Translations under genes and position numbers: made by a program
In this document: positions 39,275 through 52,461 of the stretch, one piece after another
Layout of the letters: every line of letters starts with the position of its first letter
Numbering within the stretch: the first letter of the stretch is position 1
Assembly (NCBI RefSeq): GCF_004010195.1
Contig: NC_057718.1
Location: 54,655,864 to 54,719,863, forward strand
Length of the DNA: 64,000 nt
Reading direction: 5' to 3'
Origin: Chiloscyllium plagiosum
Lineage: Eukaryota
The notes under the pieces: generated by a model
Databases searched by the model: none
Seen by the model: the letters and a program-made list of their open reading frames with translations, nothing else
Told to the model about the DNA's origin: nothing

Positions 39275-40449
39275 CTGTATATTAAAAAGAATTGGAAAAT
39301 TAATTTAGACAATATTGCAAAATAGATTTAGTGACTTAGCATAATATCTACATCACTAAGGAATTATCTGAAATAGATGAAAAAATGTGTTACAGGAATG
39401 GTAAATCTGCAAGTTGTACTGAGTAGCACGTAACAAGAACCAATGTTGTGCTCTAACTGTTCTGATGTACATGAATGATCACAATGCAAAAAGAAAAGTG
39501 GTCATAAACACAAATAATACAATGTGAATTTGATAAACTGAAAGGGAGAAGCAACCCAATCTATAGGTCATACAAGTGCAAGATCTTAAATACTGGGAGA
39601 AACCAAAGAGAGCCATGCTTCTATAATGTTAGTTAGAATTATCGAAGAGACCAACACCAAACTCAATACCGATCATTTCCAATCAATAGCAAATAAAAGT
39701 AAAGCAAACTGAGAGCCGCATTGCTAACTCAATAAATGGTACAGCTGAGGTTGAGGCAAAGCTGTACAGATAGCACCCTGATCAGGTTCATCATCATATA
39801 ATGGTTAACTCTTATTGAGGTATAATGGAAATATCCAAATTCCAACAGGACCACAAGTCCTAATGTCAGTTGTGAGGACAGCTCCATAACCTTGAACCTT
39901 AAAGGCGAGCAAATGAGAAGCTACACGTTAAAAGATAAAAACATACATTTACACAGAATCTTTCATCTAGAAAAATATCCAAAGGTGCTTTTATAGATTT
40001 TTAAAAAAAGGAACAAAAGCCAAGGTGGAATTGTTAAAATAACAAACCAAAAGTTTGATATGAACAAAAAGCGGAGAAACAACAGGAATACTACTATTTA
40101 AGTAATGCCATTACATAGAGTCAAACAAGTGTTCCACCACAAGAATTCCCATACCGTAGGCTGTATCTGCCATCAGAACTATCCATCCTATTAGTTATTT
40201 GCAAAATCCTAAAATCTATGAAAATCAACTGTGGTAAAAGATTTGCCACCCTGCCAACCAATGATAGGCCCACAAAAGCAAAATCGGCCAACGGTACCAA
40301 AAAACACCCAGAATGCCCCAGCAGGCTGACAAGCCAAACTAGACAGCACTCGCAGACAAGTGAATACACTTCAAGCTCCCACTAACAACGTCAGAGCAAC
40401 ACAACTAGCCCAAAGCTCAGAGGGCTGTTTCACAACTCAACAATACCAA

Positions 40450-40757
40450 GTTAAAAATCACACAACACCAGGTTATAGTGCAACAGGTTTTATTGGAAGC
40501 ACACTAGCTTTCAGAGCGTCGCTCCTTCATCAGGTGATAGCGGAGAGCTCAATCCTAACAGAATTTATAGCAAAAATTTACAGTGTGATGTAACTGAAAT
40601 TATAGGTGTTAGGATTGAGCCCTCCACTATCACCTGTTGAAGGAGCGACGCTCCGAAAGCGAGTGCGCTTCCAATTAAACCTGTTGGACTATAACCTGGT
40701 GTTGTGTGATTTTTAAACTTTGTACACTCTAGTCCAACACAGACATCTCCAAATCAG
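40450..40757. mobile_element. Fold-back element made of two inverted family-A PLE pseudo-LTR ends, no ORF
   Basis: Both arms match the termini of 24391-27031; tail on the right; TSD caataccaa (40441-40449, 40758-40766). Confidence 0.88.
40502..40536 (-). ncRNA. Minimal type-I hammerhead ribozyme motif
   Basis: CAC-CTGATGA-A-GGAGC gac GCTCT-GAA-AGCT-A-GTG on the minus strand (one G-U pair in stem II). Confidence 0.65.
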
Positions 40758-41831
40758 CAATACCAAAGCCACACTAACAGCAGATGAGACAGAAAGGCAC
40801 CAGCAACAGCAGTGTTCCCAGGACAAAACAATGGAAGCACTCACCACTTCAGAGGACACATTAACGCCTACCTGTGAAACCATCGATACTGTCAGGATGT
40901 TGCATTGTGTGAAGGAACAGGACATTGCTCTGATAACTATTTTCCAATTGGCATCATTTTAACTAGATTACTCCATTTCCAGATACATTGTATTTTTCCC
41001 ATTTCTAATGAGCCTTATTGTACAGCCTTAATATAAAAACTGGTCTCATCCTCCGCTTTGGGAAGAGAAATTCTGATCTACCTGTACAGACGGTCAGTTT
41101 TGTGTCAGCCTAGTCAGTTTCTCTTCCAGCAATATCGCTTGTAATAAACAGCATGTCAATTTCACCCGATCTGGTTTGTGTGCTCTCTACTTTATTGGGC
41201 AAATTTCTGACATCAACCCATAATCAATATTCCAGGAAATATGCTTAGGTTAATTTTTCCTCAATAATTCAACGTCTTAAGACTTGTAGCATTCTGATGA
41301 ATCTATCTTGCACTCCCTTCAAATTAAGAGTTTTGGAAAAACGTTCATAGATAAGATACTAAGTAAAGCAGAACAGGCTGACTTAGAGCACTATCTCAAA
41401 CTGATCCATGACTACATTCCAATGGAATATAGGTGCAAAGTGAGTTAAAAGCAAGCTCAAATATAGAAGTGGAAGCAGAAAGTTTGCAGGGAGCTGCTAT
41501 GAAAAGAACCACAGTTTGTTGCCTTAGCTTTTCATCTTGCACTGATCACAAACACAAAAATATCACATTTTAAACAACTACAACAACTTACAGCACAGCA
41601 TAAAAAGATGCCTATTGACCAAGCCTATTACTGCGAGAAAATAAAAGTAAACTATTGGCTCCCTAAATTCCGAGATAATTCAAAAAGGGTGCAAATTGAA
41701 CATATTAATTATCTTTGCAGAGAAGCAGTCTACATATGAACAAATGTTCCTGGCAGCAAGCTTAACTAAGCTATGTTATGAGCTCAAAATTAACAATTCA
41801 TCAATATAATTATTGCTGCACCTCACTATTG

Positions 41832-42098
41832 TCGGGGACGTAATGGCCTAGTGGCATTATCACTGTACTGTTAACCCAGAGACCCAGGTAATGTCCTGGG
41901 GACATGGGTATGATTCCTGTCATGGAGGAATGTGAATTCAATGAACACCTGGAATTAAGAGTCAAATGATGACCTTGAATCCACTGCCAATTGTCGGAAA
42001 AACTCATCCAGTTCATGTGATTCCAGACCCACTAAGATGTGGTTGACTCTTAACTGGGGATGGGCAATAAATGTCCTTATCCCAAGATTGAAAAAAAG
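41832..42098 (+). mobile_element. Old tRNA-derived SINE (Deu/SacSINE-like)
   Basis: tggcctagtgg head, ..ccagacccactaagatgtggttgactcttaactg.., tail gggatgggcaataaatg; second remnant near 42825-42976. Confidence 0.5.
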
Positions 42099-42206
42099 CA
42101 GCCTCGGGATTACTTAGCATATGCTGCTCATTCGCAAAATCACCAACAGTAAACATCTTATTTCGGGTTGCATAAAGCACAGGCTGTATGTAGGGAAGTC
42201 CATGAT

Positions 42207-43241
42207 TAACAGAAGAATACAAGTTGCTGCAACACAAATCTATGCTGAACCTATAAACTTAGTACCAAAGTAGACTTATGATACAACATAGTACATTCAA
42301 TCACGACATATTAAAGTTCACAATGGCGAAAAGAAAGCATTTAGTGGGCGGCACTGTGGCACAGTGGTTAGCACTGCTGCCTCACAGCGCCTGAGACCCG
42401 GGTTCAATTCCCGCCTCAGGCGACTGACTGTGTGGAGTTTGCACGTTCTCCCCGTGTCTGCGTGGGTTTCTTCCGGGTGCTCCGGTTTCCCCCACAGTCC
42501 AAAGATGTGCAGGTCAGGTGAGTTGGCCATGCTAAATTGCCCGTAGTGTTAGGTAAGGGGTAAATGTAGGGGTATGGGTGGGTTGCGCTTCGGCGGGTCG
42601 GTGTGGACTTGTTGGGCCGATGTGGACTTGTTGGGCCGAAGGGCCTGTTTCCACACTGTAATGTAATCTAATTTCTAATCTAATCTAACATGTTAATTTA
42701 GTTATTTTGGCTCATCCAAGCGAAAGCACAATGTTAACATAACATTGTTTATGTATGGTCGAAGACAGACACTTACTGTTGCATGTTAGAATACCAATAA
42801 AAATATCCGGAATTAAGAAACTAGGAAACCACTGTTGATTGTTAGAAAGACCCATCTGGTCCATTGATGTTCTTTAACTCCACAGCAATGTGATTACTCA
42901 GAGGGCAGTTAAGAGTCAATTTGGGATTTATTGCTGGCTAAGACAGTGATGCCAACATCTCATGACTTAATAAAAAGTCCATATGGATCATCTCAAAAGC
43001 AAAGGTCATATTCTAATGGTTTACTCTCATTTACATGGCTTGACTGCAGGAAAATGTTTAAAGAAGCTTTGAAGTAAAACAGCATTAACAGGTATCTGTT
43101 CTGCATTTAGCTTTCTTTTCGCCATTGTGAACTTTAATATGTAGTGATTGAATGTACTATGTTGTATCATAAGTCTATTTTGGTACTAAGTTTATAGGTT
43201 CAGCATAGATTTGTGTTGCAGCAACTTGTATTCTTCTGTTA
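42207..43241. repeat. Inverted repeat, 132-bp arms (42207-42338 / 43110-43241)
   Basis: Direct comparison: 2 mismatches in 132 bp. Confidence 0.95.
42344..42688 (+). mobile_element. HE1-type V-SINE, young, full length, internal 19-bp tandem duplication
   Basis: A-box TGGCACAGTGG, B-box GGTTCAATTCC, V-domain; tgtggacttgttgggccga twice (42602-42639). Confidence 0.92.
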
Positions 43242-43934
43242 TTTCTGTTCATTGCAGCTAACAGAATCATGCAAATGTTTGTCACACATTGACAAATGGG
43301 TTTTTTAAAAGTAAAATATATTGGTGGGTTCTAGAACGTTCCAGATTTGGAATGATATTAATCGCTGGGTGCAACACCACATGTCCTCTTATCTCAAAAA
43401 GAGAGGCACAAGTTACTTTAGGGGAGCCCATTATCTTAACAGATGAAGTCAGTAAGCTAACAGAGAAATACTGCAATGAAGGGATGATTCCATAAACAGT
43501 TAACATCTTGGTGAATCAGCCAGAGGACTGTAGAAAGTAAAATCAGTAAGGTGGTCACCTTAAAGAAACTATTAAAAATAGAGTACACACTTAAGAAACA
43601 GAGACTGATCACATTTAGTACCTGTCTTGGCAGGTCAATTAGGAGTTTCAACATACCACTGATCAGGTACAACGGATTGTAGTTAACAAAAAATAAGCAG
43701 CAGACTTTAGCAGTCCAGTGCATAACAGGAAGAGGAGAAAGAAGATGCTCTTCAATCAACACAGCATTGCAAGAGACAACTGCCAGCAAGATGAGGATCA
43801 GTATTTCATTGTGAATTGACAGAACTGTTTTATTAAGTATTTTTTCTTCCATACTTATTTTCATAAACAATAAATTCTGTGCACTTTTTTTGAAGAATTT
43901 TCTTCCCTGGATTGATCTTGTACTTAGTTGCATT

Positions 43935-44772
43935 AATACAAGACATAGGTATAGGAGTAGACCACATGGACCATCAAGCCTATTGTCATTCAACATGATA
44001 ATGTCTGATCCTGGGCTTCATTTCCACTTTATTGCCTGTTTCCCATATCTTTTGATTCTATGAAACATCAAAAATGTGTCCATTCCAGTATTAAAACGTA
44101 CACAACAATGTAGATTACCGAATCCTCTGGGGCACAGAATTCCAAAACCTCAACCTTTAGAGTGAACAAATCATTCATCTTAATCCTAAATAATCGTCTG
44201 TAATCTGAAGGCTGTGCCTCCCTGTTGGATTTCCCAGCAGAAGTTCTTTGAGCATGCACCATGTAAAGCCCCTCCAGATTCTTGCAGAGGTTGTTCTGCT
44301 ATATTGCAACAGTTGCGCTCCTCTGCAACCTTGAGCTATTAGAAAATAGCGCTATGGAAAAATGCTATAGAAAAATCATACTGTAGGAGATCGGTAATAT
44401 AAAATCACTATAGCCGTTCACTAGAAAGTTCATGTTATCCAAACAGCATCCACATTTCGATAATGCTGTGATGAAGAGTCATCTAGACTCGAAACTCACT
44501 CTCCATGGATGCTGCCTGACCCGCTATGATCTCTAGTATTTGTTGTTCATTCCAGAATCTTGTACATTTCAACACAAGATCACAACTCATTCTTTTGAAT
44601 ATCAGAAAATATAGACATAATTCTCTCAGCCTCTGATCACAGAGAAACACCGTCAACCCAGGGCTTCATTTAGTGAACCTTCACTGTATGCCTCCAATGC
44701 AAGTATATTTTTCTTAAATGTGGAAACCAAAAGTGCTCACAATATTCCTGATGTGATCTCACCAAAAATCTT
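43935..44772 (-). mobile_element. Old CR1-like 3' fragments with nested small elements
   Basis: Tail ataggagtagaccacatggaccatcaagcc..; peptide LVRSHQEYCEHFWFPHLRK. Confidence 0.65.
44466..44548 (+). mobile_element. Degenerate PLE pseudo-LTR (family B-like)
   Basis: gtgatgaagagtcatctagactcgaaac..ggatgctgcctgacccgct. Confidence 0.6.
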
Positions 44773-46265
44773 TGGACAAGGACATGGAAGATATAGAATG
44801 TAGGGAAATAGATGGTGACATGTTGCAAAATGCCCAGATTACAGAGGAGGAAGTGCTGGACGTCTTGAAACACAAAAGTAGATAAATCCCCATGATGTGA
44901 TCAGGTGGACCCGAGAACTCTGTGGGAAGCTAGGAAAGTGATTGCTGGGCCTCTTACTGTGATATTTGTATCATCGATAGTCACAGGTGAGGTGCCAGAA
45001 GACTGGAGGTTGGCTAACTTGGTGCCACTGTTTAAGAAAGGTGGTAAGGACAAGTCAAGGAACTACAGATCAGTGAGCCTGATGTCGGTGGTGGGCAAGT
45101 TGGTGGAGGGAATCCTGAGGGACAGGATGAACATGTATTTGGAAAGGCAAAGACTGATTAGGGATAGTCAACATGGCTGTGTGTGTGGGAAATCATGTCT
45201 CACAAACTTGATTGAGTTTTTTGAAGAAACAAAGAGGATTGATGAGGCCAGAGCAGTAGATGTGATCTATATGGACTTCAGTAAGGTGTTTGACAAAGTT
45301 CCCCATGGGAGACTGGTTAGCAAGGTTAGATCTCATAGAATACAGGGACAACTAGCCATTTGGATACAGAACTGGCTCAAAGGTAGAAAACAGTGGGTGG
45401 TGGTGGAGGGTTGTTTTTCAGACTGGAGGCCTGTGACCAGTGGAGTGTCACAATGATCTGTCCTGGGTCCACTACCTCTTGTCATTTATATATATGATTT
45501 GGATGTGAGCATAAGAGGTATAGTTAGTAAGTTTGCACATGACACCAAAATTGGAGGCGTAGTGGACAGCAAAGAAGGTTACCTCAGATTACAATGGGAT
45601 CTTGATCAGATGGGCCAATGGGCTGAGAAGTAGCAGATGGAGTTTAATTTAGATAAATGCAAGGCGCTGCATTTTGAGAAAGCAAACCTTAGCAGGACTA
45701 ATACACTTAATGATCAGGTCCTAGGGAGTGTTGCTGAACAAAGAGACCTTGGAGTGCAGGTTCACAGATCTTCGAAAGTAGAGTATCAGGTAGATAGGAT
45801 AGTGAAGGAGGCATTTGGTATGTTTTCCTTTATTGGTCAGAGCATTGAGTACAAGAGTTGGGAGGTCATGTTGCGGTTGTACAGGACATTGGTTAGGCCA
45901 CTGTTGGAATATTGCATGCAATTCTGGTCTCCTTCCTATCGGAAAGATGTTGTGAAACTTGAAAGGGTTCAGAAAGGATTTACAAGGATGTTGCCAGGGT
46001 TGGATGATGAGAGCTATGGGGAGAGTTTGAATACGCTGGGGCTGTTTTCCCTGAAGCGTCAAAAGCTCAGGCGTGACCTTATGGAGGTTTACAAAATCAA
46101 AATCATGAGGGGCATGAATAGGATAAAAAAACCAAAGTCTTTTCCCTGGGGTGGGGGAGTCCAGAACTAGAGGGCATAGGTTTAAGGGTGAGAGGGGAAG
46201 TTATAAAAGAGACCTAAGGGGCAATCTTTTCACTCAGAGGGTGGTACGTGTATGGAATGAGCTTC
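44773..46265 (+). mobile_element. CR1-like LINE RT region, truncated at both ends
   Basis: ORFs 44905-45456 and 45637-46170 carry RT motifs; closely similar to 30860-32130. Confidence 0.93.
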
Positions 46266-46949
46266 CTGCACATGTACATCCAAATCTCTAACACTTCTAA
46301 GTAACTTCACATTTCCCTACCTTATAACATATCTGCTGTCTTGTTGTCCAGTCACTTAATCTGACTGCGTCTCATTGCAGCCTCTGTGTGCCGTGCCAAA
46401 ATCCCACTTTTTCACCTAACTTTGTATCATCAGCATGTGGATACATTTCTTTACACTTAAACAGTAATGCAGATTGTAAGTAGCTGAGGCCTAACCAATG
46501 ACCTGATATGCCATTAATCACTGCCTGCCAACTTTAAAATATCCAGTTTAGTTCACTCTCTACTTACTCTCTGATAATATGTTACCTACAACTCCATGAA
46601 CTCTTCTTGCTGACTGTTTGTGCTGCACCATATCAAATGCCTTTTGTGTAGATACAAACACTGCATCAGCTGACTCCCTTTATTGAGCAGCCCTGTTCTC
46701 AAAAGACTCCCACAAATTTGTCAATCACATTTTTCTTCAATAAAACCAAGTTGACTTATTCTAATCATGCTGTTTTTCTCAGAACATAGTTAAAACTTCC
46801 TTAATAGATTCAGCTGAGTCCAGTTAAAAAATTTAATATTTACTAATACAAATTAAAATAGAAAGAGCAGGCAATGTGATGTAGCTGCAGCAGGTAGCAA
46901 CTGGTGGATGCCAATAAAATTCAGAGTGATGACATTTGCTCCTGGGATG

Positions 46950-47330
46950 GTGGGACCGTTCTATCAAGGGATTGAGAAATCAGATGTGATCTCATTGAAA
47001 GCAACAAAATATGTACAGGGTCAGAGGGGGCAGATGCAAACAAAATTTTTCTTCTGCCTGTGGAGCCAAGAATGAGGGCACAGAATTTAAAATAAGGGGA
47101 TGCCATCTAGGTCAGAGATGAAGAGAAATATTCTTACTCAGAAGATTTGAATTTTTATAATTCTCTACTCGAGTGCACTGTGGAAGTTCACTTTTTTGAG
47201 TATTTTAAAATAGAGTTGATATATTTCTGATTACTAATAATGTCAAAAGGTTATGGGGATTATCACTACAATTGTATTAAGTGGCAGAGTAGGCTCAATG
47301 GGCTGAATGGCTTACTCTCATTCTAGAGTT
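46950..47330 (+). mobile_element. Old CR1-like 3' fragment
   Basis: gatctcattgaaagcaacaaaat.., ttcttactcagaag.., ggctcaatgggctgaatggcttactc. Confidence 0.65.
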
Positions 47331-47383
47331 TCTAAATACTCATATTAGAAGAAAGAGGGGGTTTGCAACAATGTCATTCTTAC

Positions 47384-47482
47384 CCTGTTCTCCATGGATT
47401 TTTTCACAAGGTTAAAGCTTTTCCACCTCGAGTCAAACTCATGCTTATAAGAACCACGAAACTGCAGCAAATCTCCCATGAT
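47384..47482 (-). CDS. PSME4: PSME4 coding exon 11/24 (99 nt)
   Basis: tttcag|[33 protein letters not shown]|gtaaga. Confidence 0.96.
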
Positions 47483-47878
47483 CTGAAATTAATAGCATAA
47501 TTATTTTTTAAAAATAGTAACAAGATGCAGCAATCCCCTTTCTTTTGAAAGTAGTGATTCATAAGACCACAGCTGCGATCCACCATCACATGGCCATTTT
47601 TCATTCAGTGAGCTTCACTGGTGAAAAACACAAGACTATATAGGTGTGCAGCATACTTTCTGTGGCAACCATGACTGGACACAAAATACAAGGAAACTAA
47701 TCTCCCCTTCCCCAATTTAAAGGTATTGAGACTAATTATAGCAATTTTGAGATCAATTAAGTCATCAGGTGTAAACACACCACCTCCGAGGATGGCTCAA
47801 TTCCAAAGTGGTTCATGCTTTCAACTGAACCATCATGACATCAAATGTATAATTTTAAAATGCTGCTTCCATTCTCAC

Positions 47879-47934
47879 CTTAATTGTTACAAATAAAGAC
47901 TTAGTGTCATCTTCAGAGTTATCTAACATGTAGT
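47879..47934 (-). CDS. PSME4: PSME4 coding exon 10/24 (56 nt)
   Basis: ttttag|(H)YMLDNSEDDTKSLFVTIK|gtgaga. Confidence 0.95.
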
Positions 47935-48591
47935 CTAAAAAGATAGAAAAAAGTTATATTTTTCAGTGTTTCATTCATGAATTACATTTGCATGCGCTAA
48001 CTTGTATTTGCAATAACTACATCTTCAGCAAAATTGTTTCACTACATCTACAGCATTAACATATATTCCACATTAGGAAATGTTTCCCACATGTGTCTTG
48101 TCCTCAAGGGTCAGCAAATCTAAACCATCCAGTTGATATACATACAAAAATTAAACAATGAAAGAAACAGCATAAAATACAGTATTTACATTTCTTGGTA
48201 AAATAAGTCAGCAGCTTTAAACTGACCCCATCTAGTGACAGATGTCGATCAGTGCATGGAGTAGCTGACATCAAGATAACCTAGACCAACTAACTTTTGC
48301 CACGAGATGGAGCCCAGGACTTCAGTGTAAGTGATTCCATTAAACCATTACCTTGGGGGATGATTTGGGGGTGGTGGTGGTGGGGGGGGGAGAACGGACA
48401 GACACACAGTGGCAGTACTTCAATCGGGACTTTGCCAACAGGGAAGAATTAGGACGCATTGTGTATAGCCTGCTGAGGACAGGATTCAGGGTTTGATTCT
48501 TTTTCTATTTTCCAATTTCCTTCCATTCTGCTAAATACCAGATAATAATCATTAAAACAAAACAAAAGTCTTCCTTCTTCATGATACTTAC

Positions 48592-48648
48592 GTAATAGTT
48601 TTCTTATTACTTGAGCAATTATCTCCCTGTAGTTTTCTCTCGAAGTAT
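48592..48648 (-). CDS. PSME4: PSME4 coding exon 9/24 (57 nt)
   Basis: tgttag|(D)TSRENYREIIAQVIRKLL+C|gtaagt. Confidence 0.94.
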
Positions 48649-49464
48649 CTAACAACCAGAAATTACAGGGCAAGTCAAAGATGACTCCAGAGTTTATACC
48701 AACATCTCAGCAGCCTTTATTTAATTTCAGAAGCAGTACTACGGTAGGCCTCAGTAAACAATCAGGAATTTTTGATGTTTAATAATCAAAGATTTTTTTT
48801 TGGCTGGGATACAATTCAAATCAAAATGAGCAAAATACATTCATTTTGTTTAGTACAGCAAGTGTAAATTTGGAGCCAAATTACACCAGACTCCTTGCAC
48901 ATAGATAATCGCAAATGGGAAGAATCCCATCCTCTTAGCTGCCAAAGGTTTACAGCACAGGAAAACTACACAACACATTGGTGTGTCTGTGCATCTTTCT
49001 ATAAATACTTTTTTGCCAGTGGGTATATATGAACTGATGCCTCTTCTTCCTACAATGTGCAAGTCTCAGAGGAACAATTCCAAAACACCCTAAATTTACT
49101 TACTAATTAATATTGCATGAATACATTTTTAAAAAATAAAGCCAATTCTTATGACTTTTCACTTATTACGCAAAATCATTAAATGAACTAATAAAAAGAA
49201 CTTAAGCTATTTTTAATCTCTCCATGAAACAATTATTTTCTAATAGATGTCACTGTTAACTGAATTTCGACATATTCACATTTGCAATGGGCAAAATGAA
49301 GATCATCAATGGAACTCTGACATTAAAAAGGTGTAATTTTACTCCAGTATTATTTTCTTAGAAGAAGTTTTAAATGAAGCATTTCTAAATATGGAATTTA
49401 AGGAATAATTCATATTTGGAGTCAGGAAAATAAAAACTAATGTACATCTATTTCTGCAACATAC

Positions 49465-49520
49465 CATAGTTAATACCAGTGCAGAGTTTGGTCTCTTCCA
49501 AAGACATCAAAGTTGGAGCC
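49465..49520 (-). CDS. PSME4: PSME4 coding exon 8/24 (56 nt)
   Basis: ttgcag|(L)APTLMSLEETKLCTGINY+G|gtatgt. Confidence 0.93.
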
Positions 49521-50334
49521 CTGCAAAAAAAATTGCAACTCTTAAAAATAGGTAAGGTGCAGTGTCAGATTCAAATTAAACATCCAATATAAAGTACATT
49601 TCATATACACTGACACTGAAAATATATATATCATATTTGGGAAACCAAGGATAGAATCAAACATTATTCATTCACTACACACAAAGTATAATGAACATTA
49701 TTTAAAAACTGCATTGTAATTTGCTGATTATCCATACATTCCATCACATCAATTGTTCACTGTAAACAGCTGTTTTCCAACCTGAAGTGCAATATCTTTC
49801 AGGAATAAACACTAAAGTTGGCACTTTAACAAAAATATTTTTGATCATCAAATGACCTCTGATGAATCAAAAAGTGAGGCAATAATGTAATTTTAAAATA
49901 AAATACACAACAATCCCAGTGAGTAAGATGCTGAAGCCAGTTTCCATCCAGAGGGAAAAGAAAGTGGAGGGTGCATCTCAAGGAATGTGAGGAATAACTC
50001 TATGTTAATGTTGAAATCTGTTTCAATGCACAGTATCAAATCATACTTTCATCCATTTAGTCATATCTCCATGTGAGAAATATTGGAAACATGGTACTGA
50101 TAGTTAGAGACAGTGTGAAAAATTTAGCTTTGGGAAGAGCATTCTCTTGTTTTTTTTAAAAACGACTGTTTAAAATTTGCCAAAAATGCCACTATATTCA
50201 GTGATGAGTTAAAGTTAGGGTACCTTTCGTCACTATTATTGAATGCTTAGTGTTGTTTCCTGGTCCTTTCAGGAAAGATGAATGGCATATTGTTCAATTT
50301 TTGTCATTTTATCTGGGTTATATATGAATCAATC

Positions 50335-50975
50335 TGCTATGGATCAGACCAGACACCTCAAAATTATACTAAGGAGGAAGCCTAGATGCTAACTTTTTCT
50401 TATTTCAAAAGGCAAATGTAAGGTGTTGTGGTCCAGATGCAATTCAATTGGTCAAACTACTTGACATGATGCAAAACACAATTTATTCAATCACTATAAT
50501 TAAAATACAACAAACGAAGTGGGGAGGGGGGGGGGGAAGAGAATCTTAGAATAATTAAGTTCTTGGAAAACTGGATACAGTAACTATTACTAATTAACTG
50601 TTCCAATATAGTAACATCCCATAAACACACACGTGGCAAAAAGGCAAATTCAGAAAATCAGATTGTCTCACGTACAATCCTATCAGGAAGAAAAGGGACA
50701 CAAGCAGTAGCACTCCAGAGAAAGAATGTAGCAGCCGGGAAAGATTCACTACCTTTCAACCCTGCTGAGGTGCCAACAACAACTGCTGAAAGATTACTGA
50801 ACATTCTGAACTATTGAGAGCTTGACCTCATCCACTCAGTGGTTTTATTGTTCCAACTTTAAAAGACCCCAAGGCCTCTCAAATTGTTTTATCTTCTCAG
50901 CCTGCTCGTTACCTGTCCTCAACCTCTCTCTCAAAAAAGGACAAAACAGTCCTCAAAGCCACAGCATAGTCACAC
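50335..50975. mobile_element. Probable divergent solo LTR related to the 12115/18928 family
   Basis: Starts tgctatggatcagaccagacacctcaaaa, similar to tgttatggactcggccaaaccactgaaaa; TSD not clear. Confidence 0.45.
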
Positions 50976-51694
50976 ACTCAGTACCTTTTATGTACTTGCT
51001 ATGGCAGTTAACCTTAGAAACAGGAATATACCATTTAATTTAAATTACCCAATTTTAGTCAATATCCTTCCCTAAAAAAAGGTGTGACCTCTATCTTTAA
51101 AAATTCAACTCAATCCATCACTTTTTGAATGCAGAGTTTCAGATTTCCATAAGTAAAGGCTCTTCTGAATTATATTCCAAAATCACTTTAAGATTAGACC
51201 ATCTTAGAAAGAGCTTTGAGGAATTATGAATTATAATTAAACGAGAAGGACAGCAGGATATTCAATCTCTTGAGCATGTTCCACCATCTAAATAGATGAC
51301 TGTTGTTTGTACATTAACTCCATCCATCCACATCAATTCAGTAATCCTCAACACCATTGCACAAGATCTATCAATCCCAGTTTTGAAATGTAGTTAATAT
51401 CAGCTGGTCGCCTTTTGTGTGAGAAAAGGGCTGCGGGAACGAGTACTCCAGACTTACATTACATTGAGTGAAGAATTGTAACCTGACCTCATTCTTAAAT
51501 AGCCTAACAAACATTAACTTCTTCTGCGTCTCTTCTGCGTGACTGTCCCATTAGAAGTGTTAAAACAGGACCTGCTCAGGGGTACCTTTAAATTACCTGT
51601 ACTGATACCTCCAATATTTCACCTATGCTGATAGGATTTTCAGAATAAATACTTTTAAATGAAATTATTTATGTCATGCACTAATTTTGCTTAC

Positions 51695-51790
51695 AAGCCA
51701 CGAATGGGGTCTCCTCCCAAGAAAGGCATCAGGCTCCCTGAGCCCATCAGGCAGTTCTGCACGATACACAAACTCTGATGTACATCATCT
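51695..51790 (-). CDS. PSME4: PSME4 coding exon 7/24 (96 nt)
   Basis: caacag|(R)DDVHQSLCIVQNCLMGSGSLMPFLGGDPIRG+TT|gtaagc. Confidence 0.94.
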
Positions 51791-52461
51791 CTGTTGGAAA
51801 TAAAAGACAACAAATTTTTTTTCCAGAATTTCTAAATTATTTGCCTTTAAAATTATACTAGCTTGAAGCATGATTTGGCACACATATGTTTAAGCATAAA
51901 ATATGGTATTCTTTTGATTCTACATGTTCTTAAGAGCATTTTTAAACTCAGTTTACATGCCGAGTTTGTCATGAGGACAACTGTTGATTCAAATACTAAT
52001 GAGAGAGATTGCAGCAACTTAGGCCAAACTAATCCTTTTCAGAACCTTTTTTAAACAAGGCAACAATCAAAATATCAATAAATAAATGGTTTTAAATTAT
52101 TTTTCCAGTAAAAGAGTAAATTACAATAACTGAATGCAGTTGTAATCCAGCTATTGCTGTGCAAAGAATTTTCTGAACCTGTGATGTAGGTTCATAACAC
52201 ATTATCAGTTCTAAAGTGGAGAAATTATGTTTGACTAAGCTGGTTTTCTATTTCTAAAACTGTCTTTCCATTCTTAATGCAGACAGTATAGTTTCACTTC
52301 AGATTTGTTCTAATAGTGGGGTGTCTGAAGTTTGTTGATACATACATTTTTTTTTAAATGAGATGCTACAGCCTTACAAAAAAAAAAGTTTGCGATGAAC
52401 TGCTCGGTGGCATTAGGAACAAGAACAGAAGAGTGAACAATAAGTGCTATAACCTAACAAT

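Noticed and set aside
42344..42420. tRNA-like A/B box sequences
   Set aside because: These are SINE heads continuing into the V-domain, not tRNA genes.
43457..43996. 179-aa minus-strand ORF
   Set aside because: Hydrophobic AT-rich composition, begins in a CR1 tail, no recognisable domain, not needed for PSME4 exon continuity.
44773..46265. CR1 fragment starting near the point where the 19894-20398 copy is deleted
   Set aside because: Its 3' end stops short of the other deletion breakpoint and nothing links the two; treated as coincidence.
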